From positions 95,294,001 to 95,358,000 of the forward strand of contig OX597823.1 in assembly GCA_951406725.2 (NCBI GenBank): a DNA stretch of 64,000 nt. Direction: 5' to 3'. Origin of the DNA: Octopus vulgaris. Lineage: Eukaryota. How positions within the stretch are numbered: position 1 is the first letter of the stretch; the number at the start of each line of letters is the position of its first letter. The notes under the pieces are model-generated. The model was not told where the DNA came from, ran no database searches, and saw nothing but the letters and a program-made list of their open reading frames with translations. Position numbers and translations under genes: made by a program. Shown here one piece after another: positions 45,212-57,154 of this stretch.

Positions 45212-45342
45212 TGTATATATGTATGTATGTGTGTATATATGTATATATATAAATACACACACATACTCACACACATATAAGCATATGCCTTTACAATCCT
45301 ATAGTGCATTAGTATCACTTTTATGATCTGTCTATCTATCTA

Positions 45343-45373
<31 letters not shown>

Positions 45374-47123
45374 GCCGGCCTGCCTGTTTGTCTGTCTGTC
45401 TAACTGTGTGTGCTCACATACATACATACATACATACATACATACATACATACATACATACATACATACATACATACATACATACATGCATACACACATA
45501 TGTATATACATACATACGTACACTAAAATTTTGTATCCTCAGCAGATTGTCTCGGTTTCATAGGGTGAGTTTCTTCCTTTAGAATTACATCATTTTTAGT
45601 ACTGGAAGGGAAGAAAGAAAGAAAGAAAGAAAAAGAGGAAAGAGCTAATCAGACATTTAGCAAAATAATGTTTAATATTTGAAATATGATGATAATAGTG
45701 ATGATGATGATGATGAGGAAGAAAATATTGTTATTACTGATGATGCAGATGATGATGATAGTGATGATGATGATGACTATGAATATGATGACGATGATGA
45801 TGGTGATGATTAAGATTATTATTAAATCAATGATGTTATTTTTGTGAAAACCTTCCCTTCCACTGCTGTTGCTCCTGGGAGTTAGCTAGTCTCAGCTCAT
45901 ATCCATTCAGGTATCACTGACTCACTCGTTTTCCCCTCCTCTTTTCACTCATGAAGTGTCCACCCTTCATTGCCCTACATTAAACCCCAGTGGCATTGCA
46001 AGGGCAGCCAACAAAAGGAGCAAAGCAGCAACCACATTTTAAGTGGGGAAAATGCTTTTGTTTTTTTTATCTGTTATTTCTTAATTGCTTCAAGCATGAG
46101 ACTGTGGCCATACTGGAGCACTGTCTTGAAGACTTTTTTACAGTCTGCTACATATTCTGTTGGTGCCCTTTGCTGAACCACTAAGCTCTGGGACTATATA
46201 CACACCAATGCTGGTTGTCAAGCGGGGGAGGGGGACAAATAGAGACAGAAACGCATACACACACGTACATAAATATATTCATGCATGCATATATATATAT
46301 ATACATACGCGTATATGTGTGTGTGTGTGTGTGTGGTTTGTAGATCCGATAGAGATAGAATCAACAAAAATGTACTATATCTATATCTATCTATATTTAC
46401 ATACATACAACAGGCTTCATACAGTTTCTGTCTACCAAATCAACTCATAAGGCTTTGGTTTGCCCGAGGCTATAATAGAGAACACTTTCTCAAGGTGTCA
46501 TACAATGGAACAGAACCTGCAACCACGTGGTTGGGAAGCAAACAGCCTATCAGACAACCGCTTTAATTTTTCTTTTGGAATCTTGTACCTCTAAGAATTT
46601 TGAGTTCTTAGTAACTGTTCTTTGGTCTTGCCCATGCTACAGCAAAGCTAACCACAACAGTTAATCTTTCCTTTCCAGGACATTGTTCTTCTGGTACTTT
46701 CTCCCAGTGGCCATTCACTTACAACACAACAAGAGACATGCTAACGGCATCAGAGTAACCAAAGTTGAAGAGTTCCACAATGGCTATGGGCTCAGACCCT
46801 TACTCAAACAAAAAACTGCCACCAAGTAACCCAGATTACTTCTGACTGAGGAAACCTAGGGCCAAAAGCATTCCAGCCTTAAACAATCTGCTTTGTTTTT
46901 TTTACCATTGTGCCTCAATATTCAACGTGTCCTTCTTTTTCTTTAAGGTGACAGGGTGTAATTTCTAGCAAGTTGAATGATCAATTAAAGGCTGACTTCT
47001 TGGTTCATAATGATGATGATGATGATGATGATGATAATTACTATGTTGTTGATAGTGATGGTTATGATGATGATAATGCTAACAATGATGATGATGATGA
47101 TGTTTAAATCATATAAGAGACAC

Positions 47124-47291
47124 CTACGCTAACTCCAGTTCTCCAGATTTGGTCAAATCATTGAAGTCATCCATCATTTTCCGGTTGTTTGTTTCGGGTA
47201 ACAACAATGACAATAGCCCCGCGATTATGGTGAGTGCTCCCATAAGAACCATCGGCATTATTCGACCAAGCTTGCCAGAAACCAAATCTGA
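47124..47291 (-). CDS. SLC22: SLC22-like transporter gene A, last coding exon (TM12, LPET motif, stop)
   Basis: tttttcAG|TCA GAT ... GCG TAG. It encodes SDLVSGKLGRIMPMVLMGALTIIAGLLSLLLPETNNRKMMDDFNDLTKSGELELA*. Phase 0 matches the exon at 59639. Not in the ORF track. Confidence 0.9.
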   Translation of the reverse strand, partial: SDLVSGKLGRIMPMVLMGALTIIAGLLSLLLPETNNRKMMDDFNDLTKSGELELA

Positions 47292-47433
47292 CTGAAAAAA
47301 ATATACAGAAAAAGGGACAGCAATTTAAAAACATGTTTTGTTTATTTTGTTGTTGTTTGACACCAGATCATTACTGAACAAGCACACTTATGGTCAAAGT
47401 TGTTCCCACGATGACCTCCGTGTTTTAATTTCA

Positions 47434-47436
<3 letters not shown>

Positions 47437-47495
<59 letters not shown>

Positions 47496-47638
47496 TTAAA
47501 TATATATATATATATATGTATGTATTTAAATATATATATGTATATGTATGTATGTATTTAAATATATATATGTATGTATGTATTTAAATATATATATGTA
47601 TATGTATGTATGTATTTAAATATATATATGTATATGTA

Positions 47639-47695
<57 letters not shown>

Positions 47696-47864
47696 TATAT
47701 ATATACATATATATGTATGTATGTATTTAAATATATATATATATGTATGTATTTAAATATATATATGTATATGTATGTATGTATTTAAATATATATATGT
47801 ATATGTATGTATGTATTTAAATATATATATGTATATGTATGTATATATATATATATACATATAT

Positions 47865-47917
<53 letters not shown>

Positions 47918-47933
47918 TATGTATGTATGTATT

Positions 47934-47976
<43 letters not shown>

Positions 47977-48030
47977 GTATGTATGTATTTAAATATATAT
48001 ATATGTATGTATGTATGTACGTATGTATAT
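47437..48030. repeat. Compound (TA)n/(TATG)n satellite with recurring TTTAAA
   Basis: Repeated GTATGTATTTAAATATATATAT units. Confidence 0.9.
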
Positions 48031-48052
48031 ATCTACATACACACACACACAT

Positions 48053-48638
48053 ATCGTAACATATAATTGTCAACTAAGTGTGGCGTCCCCACACGGGACA
48101 GTGCTACTGACTTTCATAGCCCCGGGAAGACATCTCTTCCAGCTGGCTAACGAAAAACATTCTATATCCGATTATTATTTGCGGGGCGAGGTCATCGCTT
48201 CAATCCCCAGCCTTACGTGATACACACGGACTCGAGTTTCTGGGTGGTTATCCGTCCTCAGCGTGTGTTAATCACCAGCTAGTTGTGAAAACTCACCCCA
48301 CTCGCAAAATACTATATGCTTTTTCCAGCGACAGTTCGTCGCTGATCTCGAAAAAGAAGTAAGCTGGAAAAAGCACTTAGTATTTGCGAGTGGGGTGAGT
48401 TTTCACAACTAGCTGGTGATTAACACACGCTGAGGACGGATAACCACCCAGAAACTCGAGTCCGTGTGTATCACGTAAGGCTGGGGATAGGAGCAATGAC
48501 CTCCTCTTGCAAATACTAATCAGACGTAGAATGTGTGTCGTTAGCCATCTGGAAGAGATGTCTTCCTGGGGCTATAAATGTCAGTAGCACTGTCTCGTGT
48601 GGGGACGCCACACTTGGTTGGCAATTATATGTTACGAT
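48053..48638. mobile_element. Non-coding palindromic element (arms about 260 bp) with a hammerhead in each arm
   Basis: 48053-48314 is the approximate reverse complement of 48378-48638. Confidence 0.85.
48423..48469 (+). ncRNA. Type I hammerhead ribozyme (mirror copy 48222-48268, -)
   Basis: acacacg CTGAGGA cggataaccaccca GAAA ctcgag TC cgtgtgt. Stem I has 7 bp, stem III is palindromic, the cleavage triplet is GUC, and stem II is weak. Confidence 0.8.
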
Positions 48639-48683
48639 TTCGTATTGCTACTGTTTACATCTCGGTCAGAAGTTTAATATAGC

Positions 48684-48761
<78 letters not shown>

Positions 48762-48969
48762 GGAATTTACAAAAAACGAAAAACGAAGACAGGTGTGTCA
48801 ACAACAAACAGGTGTATTAGTTTAACGCTCGGGAAGGTGGGAAAGTATTTTACGTTTCGAGCCTTTGCTCTTCAACAGAAAGGAAAACGAGGAAATAAAC
48901 AAAGAGAGAATAAAAAAGAAAACTTTAGTAGCTAGTGATCAATCATGTCGATGGCCTGACACAGATGGT

Positions 48970-49062
<93 letters not shown>

Positions 49063-49070
49063 TTATTACA

Positions 49071-49957
49071 TTGTTAAGAAAGTTCTTGGACAAGTCATTG
49101 TTGCAAGTCATTGAAGCTGATCTAATGCAAACTGCACATCAACTTGTGGTACAGTTTGGCATCTCCCATGTCATGATCATCAACCCCCTGCATCGTCTTG
49201 GCAAGGTCAACAAGCTTGGAGAATGGGTGCCACATGAATTGACTGAAGTGAACAAACAAGCACGTGTCACTGCATGTCAAAGTCTGCTATGGCGAAGCCG
49301 AAGATTCGATTGGTTGGAGTCAGTAATCACTAGGGATAAAAAGTGGGTACTGTACTCCAACGTGAGGTGCAGACGATCCTGGTGTAGCAAAGGTCAACAG
49401 CCAAAACCTTCGCCAAAAAGACCTCTTGTGCAAAAGAAGGTTATGATCTCAGTTTGGTGGGATTGCCGTGGCGTGATTATGTTGGGTCTTCTCCCACGCA
49501 ATGCCATTGTTGACAAGGATGTCTACTGCAAACAGATCGACCGTCTAAAGATCGCGCTGGCCGAAAAACGATCAAATTTGAAGAAGATAACTTACCACCA
49601 AGACAACGCGCCAGCACATCGTGCAAAGAAGACGTCCGAGAAGCTGAAGTAGGTGGGCTGGGAGATTATGGTGCACCCACCGTATTCTCCTGACTATAAC
49701 TTATTCTCTGCCTTGTAACGCGCGATTGGCAATACAGAGTTCGAAAACGAAGATCTGAAATCGTTCCTTTACGATTATATTGATTCAAAGCAACGCGATT
49801 TCTGGATGAAAGGATTCAAAACTTTGCCTGAAAGATGGCAAAAGGTGATCGATAACGAAGGTGATTACCTTTTGGATCGATTGTTCTTTGTTGTTTTTTT
49901 AATTGTTAATAAAGTGATATGTTAAAAATGTCCGTGAACTTCCTCACCAAACTGATA
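49071..49957 (+). mobile_element. Mariner transposase pseudogene (3' two-thirds)
   Basis: WVPHELT, ITRDKKW (TGDEKW-like), YHQDNAPAH and HPPYSPD, with in-frame stops. Confidence 0.9.
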
Positions 49958-50241
49958 TATATATATATATATATACAAAAATATCGTATATATATGTGTG
50001 TATATATAAAGAATATATTATAATTATAAAATGTAATTATAAATAACTAAAAAATATAAATGTAAGTACCATATTGCATTATACCATACCATTCTTAAAT
50101 GCAGAGAGAAGTTACAATCCCCTCCGCAAATCATAGAATGTTACACGTTATACGACGGTGAATAGGTATACAAAATATAAAATTTAATGATATAATATAA
50201 TGTAAACTAAAAGAAATCACATGAAAATATAATATGAAGAC

Positions 50242-50279
<38 letters not shown>

Positions 50280-51153
50280 AAATGAAGAAAATGCTGACAA
50301 ATAATTGAAGTAATTTAAGTAATTTAATTAGGTGAAAGTTCTTTTTACCGGTTGCGCATTTGTTATGCTTATCAAAATATAAAAGAGAGATTAGAGTCTG
50401 TCTCTTATATGTGAAAAAAAGAGGCTCCAGAGTTGTTTTGGATTTGCTTGGTTTCGCGCCTAAAATTTTGATTGGTCATTATGAAGGGGTCACGTGAATG
50501 TTTGAATGGAAGTTGGTGTTGGGGTAAGAAAAAAGGCTCCAGAGAAGTTAAAATTTGGCTTGTGTCCCGCCTAAAATTTTTGGAAATGGCTGTAAATATT
50601 GACTTCACACAAATACGTTGCTTCCCGATACAGGCACAAGGCCAGCAGAACTATAAATATTGAAAATTGTACCCACACACACACACATATATACACGCGC
50701 GCGCGCCCCAACATACATATAAACACACACACGCGCGCGCGCGCGCACACACATACATACATACAGCTCTCCCTGTTCTAAACGAACTTACTTATCCAGT
50801 CAAGCGGAAAATACACTCCCTAACTACGCGCTAAAAAGCTATTTAAAATATCCACATGACGTCTACTGACCAGCCTGAACAATAAGAATTTTCAACAACA
50901 CTATTTTCGAAAATTCTAAACATTCACGTGACCTCTTTATTATGGCCAATAAGAAATTTTAGGCGGGACACTAGCCAAATTTTAACTTCTCTGGAGCCTT
51001 TTTTCTTACCCCAACACCAACTTCCATTCAAATATTCACGTGACCCCTTCATAATGACCAATCAAAATTTTAGGCGCGAAACCAAGCAAATCCAAAACAA
51101 CTCTGGAGCCTCTTTTTTTCACATATAAGAGACAGACTCTAATCTCTCTTTTA

Positions 51154-51192
51154 TATTTTGATAAGCATAACAAATGCGCAACCGGTAAAAAG
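51154..51192 (+). ncRNA. pLTR hammerhead variant (UUGAUAA...GCAA core); copies at 55628-55666 (+), 50341-50377 (-) and 24043-24078 (+)
   Basis: tt TTGATAA gcat-aacaa-atgc GCAA ccgg TA aa. It sits in the pLTR, where Penelope-like elements are known to carry hammerheads. Confidence 0.55.
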
Positions 51193-51328
51193 AACTTTCA
51201 CCTAATTAAATTACTTAAATTACTTCAATTATTTGTCAGCATTTTCTTCATTTCCTTTTTTATATATCACCACTCGTGTTCGACATCTCCTTTTTTTAAA
51301 TATCATTTCCCCGCACGAGATACAGAAA

Positions 51329-52624
51329 ATGCCTACAAAAATTGAAACCACCCTAATCAACTTAAACGAAGAAATCCTACAGGAACTCAAAAACATCAAC
51401 ACCAACCTCTCTGTACTAGTCAACAAATTGGACTCTACTAATGAGGAAACCATTACCGGACACAAACCCTCCGAAATCGGCGATAAGCTACAAACTCTGT
51501 GGGATACGATCCACACCTTTTTCACCACCACCAACCCAGCCAAAAACAAAGAAGAACCATGTCAAATTGATTCATACAAACTGAAAAATCATATAATCCC
51601 AGAATGGAACAAATCCCTCAGAGACAGAAAGTTCTCCTTCTAGAAAATGATTAGAAACAACAACAAGGCCGAGATATACGAAAAATGGATGAACTCTACT
51701 CCTCTAACTCTTCCCCGCAAAATACAATTAAAAGCCATTCCCAATGAACCTGAACCTCAAAGACGACTTAGGGAAAGAATGGCATTAGAGAGACTGAAAA
51801 CAGAGATTGAACTTCTCAAATTAAGGGCCCAAACAAATGAGGAAAGAGTCAAAACAATCGATGAAGAGATCCTCCTCGTAATAAATAACAAGGCCGAAAG
51901 CCTACACATAGAGAAGATCTCCAAGTTATGGAAAGATGACTGCAACAAAGAGGAACTAAAATCCCTACAACGCTGGGAAAAAAGTGCCGCCTGGTTCCTA
52001 AACTATGAATCGACTTTCAAAACGGATTACTCTTCCAATAACCCGTTCATAAAAATGGGAAAACCAGGAACCCAACCACACAACTACTCCGCCAACCCTC
52101 CAACCTTGAACAAAAGAAGGAAACAGCATATTGAAGATGTACCTTCTTACCCCACGTCCATAAGGAGGAACGAGAACCCTGGAAACTCTCACCACCAGAA
52201 TTACATTAACGAATTTCCTTCTTCAAGGAGACGCTATACACAACAACTCAACAACTACTCGAATACCTTATTAACAAATAAAAGAGGATCCCACTACCAG
52301 GATAGACACAACAACATCCACACCACGAGGGGACAACAAGGTAATTTTCACTTTCTCAACTCTCACAATACACAACAAACCCATACCACTCGATACAAGC
52401 ACCCACGCAGGCCACTCATATCACCACAATCCATCACAACACAAAGAAACACACACCAACACCCGCAATACAGGAACACCCCATTCTATCCACAACCACG
52501 AACCCGAACCATATTTCACAACAAGGAATATAACAAACACACAGGACCTCCTAACACCAACAGACAACCCCTCTACCCCAACCATTTTTTAGACACAGCA
52601 CACAGATACAGGCAAACAAAATAA
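51329..52624 (+). CDS. Penelope-like element ORF1 (coiled-coil-like N-half, N/Q/H/P/R-rich C-half) with one in-frame TAG at 51641
   Basis: ORFs 51233-51643 and 51647-52624 are in the same frame. Heptad-like segments include LRERMALERLKTEIELLKLR. Confidence 0.7.
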
Positions 52625-54910
52625 CACAGGACAGGGAAGAGAAACATAAACTAATTAAAGTCATCAATTTAACCAATACAGAACCCAACCCCAACCTTCT
52701 CAACTTACTCTCCAAAGGTCTGAAATTCACACCAACCCCCCCACGTCCAAACTACTACGAAATGAAGGAAGACATTACAGAATTTTGTAGAAAATTGCGA
52801 CTTAGTGAGGAACTATTCGACCAGCACAATGAGGATGAGTCACTAGCTAGAAATAAAAGCAACTACACCCCACCAAAAGGTAGAAATAAAATCCTAGACG
52901 AATTCTGCGAGCACATTACAAACTTCCCCTACCAACACTTACACAAACCAAAACCCAAACCAAACCTCAACAAGAAAGAGTGGGAAGAATTAAACAAATT
53001 TAAAAAATGAAAGATCTATCACCATTAAAGAGGCCGATAAAGGAAGTGCAGTAGTCTTAATGGAGACAGAATACTATATCAACTTAGCACTCTCCACCTT
53101 GGAAAATGGAACATATTACGAAAAGGCTGAACACTACAATCAACAGAAAATTATGAGAAACTTAAAAACCCTGATCAACCCCCACAAAGAAGAACTCACT
53201 AACAAAGAATTCAACTTCATCACAAATTTCACTAGTAAAACCAGCCTCTTCTACGGTATTCCCAAAATTCATAAAAGCGAATTAATAAGTAAGGCATGCA
53301 AGGAAGCCACAAACTCTGTAATCAATGTCCCCTCACCAAATGACCTCAAACTGAGACCTATAATAGCAGGTCCCGCTTGCGAAACCCACCGCCTTAGCAA
53401 CTTCATTGATACCCTTCTTAAGCCCTTCCTCAAACACATTAAAAGCTACATAAGGGACGATCTAGATATGCTCAACCACCTCCTCAATACACTTCTTGCT
53501 GAACAAACCCTGCTAGTAACATTCGATGTAGTCAATCTTTACTCCAACATCCCCCACAACCTAGGAATAGAAGCTATCCAATTCTGGCTGGATAATTACT
53601 TCAACGAACTCCCACACCGCATCAAAAAGGAATTTATTTTAGAAGGACTCAAATTCATCTTAGAGAATAATTTCTTCACCTTCAACAACAAATTCTACAG
53701 ACAGAAATCAGGGACGGCAATGGGAACGAAAACGGCTCCCACTTACGCCAACCTAGTCATGGGATACCTGGAAATCACCCTCTATAATAACGTTCTTAAC
53801 CAATTTGGCACCACTCTCCACACACACATAGAGAAGAACTGGAAGAGATATCTTGATGACTGCTTCATCCTTTGGCCCGAAACCGTCGAGAAGCTTAACG
53901 AATTTCACACTCTTATAAATGGGCTCAACACAAACATTATTTTCACAATGGAATACAGCCCTCAACAAATTCCCTTCCTCGACATCCTCATTAAAATTCA
54001 CAACAAAAAAATAGAAACAGACATATACTACAAGCCCACAGACTCCAAGCAATACCTCCCTTTCAATTCATGCCACCCTAGACACGTTAAAATTAACATT
54101 CCCTACAACTTAGCCAAGAGAATTTGCACTATAGTCTCCAATAAAAACACCCGTCTCTTACGTCTACAAGAACTCAAGGGCACATTAAAAAGCAGGGATT
54201 ACCCCACGTCACTAATTGACAATGGGATCCAACGCGCCCTAAAACTCAGCACGCAGGAACTTAGACGCCCTAAACCTGTTACATCGAAACCCCATACTCT
54301 ACCATACATCTCTACACACAACCCCCTCAACAATGAAGCTTTTGACACCATCCTCCAGAACATTCCTGTATTACAAAAGGACCATAGAATGAACCAAATC
54401 CTCCTAACACACGTAATCATAAAGAGCAAAAGGCAATCCAAATCATTGAAAACCATCCTAACAAATGCCAAAGTACTGCCAACCACAACAACTAAACCCA
54501 CAGTAAACAAATGCAATAGACCCAACTGTGGTATATGCATCAACCTAATAGAAGGTCCGGAATTCCTTTTTAAACAAGGACAACGTTTCACAGTAAAACA
54601 CAACTTCACATGCGCATCAGAAAACCTAGTATATGTCTTAACTTGCTCGGGCTGTAATGAACACTACATAGGCCAAACAAAAAATAGCCTCCGCCAACGC
54701 ATGACTGTCCACAGATCCCAAATAAAAATACAGGAATATAGAAAAATAGCATTTAGTGCACATATTGATACCTGTGCCGCACAACTCCATCCCAATTTTA
54801 GAATCTTTCCCCTCTACAAATTTAAAGACAATGCCACTCATACCCAGCGAATAACCATGGAATCCCACCTTATTAATAAATACAGACCACTTCTAAACAC
54901 ATGCCCCTAA
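52585..54910 (+). CDS. Penelope-like RT plus GIY-YIG endonuclease ORF (frame break at about 53000-53010)
   Basis: VINLT..LLSKGLKFTP, ADKG, FDVVNLYSNIP, GTAMGT, RYLDD, FLDI, a CNRPNCGIC zinc-finger linker and LVYVLTCSGCNEHYIGQT. Confidence 0.92.
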
Positions 54911-56048
54911 CACGAACCCACAACAAACACACTTACACCTGCACACACCCTACACACACCTTTACCCAGATATTAACACCATGACACACACAAATATATG
55001 GTTTCACACATACACATAATTGAATACGGGTGCAAAACATCCTACACTATTTTTTGGAAATGGCTGTAAATATTGACTTCACACAAATACGTTGCTTCCC
55101 GATACAGGCACAAGGCCAGCAGAACTATAAATATTGAAAATTGTACCCACACACACACACATATATACACGCGCGCGCGCCCCAACATACATATAAACAC
55201 ACACACGCGCGCGCGCGCGCACACACATACATACATACAGCTCTCCCTGTTCTAAACGAACTTACTCATCCAGTCAAGCGGAAAATACACTCCCTAACTA
55301 CGCGCTAAAAAGCTATTTAAAATATCCACATGACGTCTACTGATCAGCCTGAACAATAAGAATTTTCAACAACACTATTTTCGAAAATTCTAAACATTCA
55401 CGTGACCTCTTTATTATGGCCAATAAGAAATTTTAGGCGGGACACTAGCCAAATTTTAACTTCTCTGGAGCCTTTTTTCTTACCCCAACACCAACTTCCA
55501 TTCAAACATTCACGTGACCACTTCATAATGACCAATCAAAATTTTAGGCGCGAAACCAAGCAAATCCAAAACAACTCTGGAGCCTCTTTTTTTCACATAT
55601 AAGAGACAAACTCTAATCTCTCTTTTATATTTTGATAAGCATAACAAATGCGCAACCGGTAAAAAGAACTTTCACCTAATTAAATTACTTAAATTACTTC
55701 AATTATTTGTCAGCATTTTCTTCATTTCCTTTTTTATATATCACCACTCGTGTTCGACATCTCCTTTTTTTAAATATATATATATATATATACATTTTCA
55801 AAATGTGTATATATATATATATATATAAACATTTTCAAAATGTATATATATATATATATGTACACTTTGAAAATGGAACCACATGTGTATCATTGGCGAT
55901 TTTTTCCTCCGTTTTCCTTTTCCCTTTGACCTTCTTCCGTCGCCTGTTTCTGACGAAGAGCTTTACTCGAAATGTCTGCTAATACTTTGCATGTACCACG
56001 TTGTCGCGTTGTCGTTTTTTCTTGTTTATTCCTAGTTTTCTTTTTATT

Positions 56049-56098
<50 letters not shown>

Positions 56099-56396
56099 TA
56101 TACAGATACATATATACCTAGAATTTCAAAGGAATTTATAAAATGATAAAATAGACATAAGATAAAAACAAAAACTAAGAATAAAACAAATAAGAAAAAT
56201 AAAAAATGAAAATGAAAATTTGAATAATTATAAGTAAATGAATAATAAGGATCGGTCGTGGTATTCCTAATAACGTAAACTAAGAAATAAAATAAGATGA
56301 GGATACCATGGGATAGAGTTTTATAGAATATAATATTACAGGCTAGTATGAATTATTATAAAGCTTCTATTTTATATAAAAGTAATCTACTTTTTA

Positions 56397-56855
56397 GGAC
56401 CCTTTACCCTTTGAACGGCTGATCGAGAAATTAATTTTTTGTAACTAAATACTTTAACACTTCGTATACTGGTAGAATGTCCCATATAAAACATCTTTTA
56501 CTCTCAGTGTTGTTGAGAAAAGTTTGTATTTTCAAAGCTATTTCGTGTTAAAGTTGTCGTATTTCGGTAATTTCAACGAATCAATGAGGTGTATACAACT
56601 GAATAAAATTACTGCTGTTGTTTGTCAACAACAACTTCCGGCGGTGTATATATCGCTTGTCACTGTTATTTATGACATCGTTCGTGCGTTTGTACTGGTT
56701 TTAGGTTTAGGGTTAGGGTTTGAGTTTTAGAGTTAGGGTTAGGATTAAGGTTGGGCTTGGGTTTTAGGGTTAGGGTTAGGGTTGGGATTTTAGGGTTAGA
56801 GTTACGGAAATTGTGAAAAATGAAGAAATTGGAGGGGGAGGGGGAGGGGGGCAAA
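56397..56855 (+). mobile_element. Partial MITE related to 2946-3496, with a degenerate TTAGGG tract (about 56697-56803)
   Basis: Shares ACTTCGTATACTGGTAGAATGT and ATTTCGGTAATTTCAA with the left arm of the 2946 element. Confidence 0.7.
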
Positions 56856-57093
56856 CAAGACTTACCGAAAATAGTAGCTGAAAAGCAGGAAAATTCATCA
56901 ACCATTAGTTTCTGTTGTTAAGATCAACAAAACTATGCAGTCATGGTTGTATGGTAAAAAGCTTGGTTCCCAACCACACAGTTCCTTGTTCAGTCCCACT
57001 GCATGGCACCTTGGGCAAGTGTCTTTTATTATAGCCTTGGGCCAGCCAAAGACTTGTGAGTGGATTCAGTGGACAGAAACTGAAAGAAGCCTG

Positions 57094-57148
<55 letters not shown>

Positions 57149-57154
<6 letters not shown>

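Larger units (their letters stand above)
50270..55775 (+). mobile_element. Near full-length Penelope-like retroelement (Neptune-type)
   Basis: Inverted partial pLTR at 50270-50590, direct pLTRs at about 50575-51302 and 55044-55775, an upstream ORF1, and an RT plus C-terminal GIY-YIG ORF. Confidence 0.93.

Noticed and set aside
53008-53010. Selenocysteine UGA read-through as in Naiad-type Penelope-like elements
   Set aside because: Homology continues in a different frame rather than through the TGA, and the endonuclease is C-terminal.
56697-56803. True telomere or chromosome fusion site
   Set aside because: It is short, degenerate, in a single orientation and embedded in a dispersed repeat.
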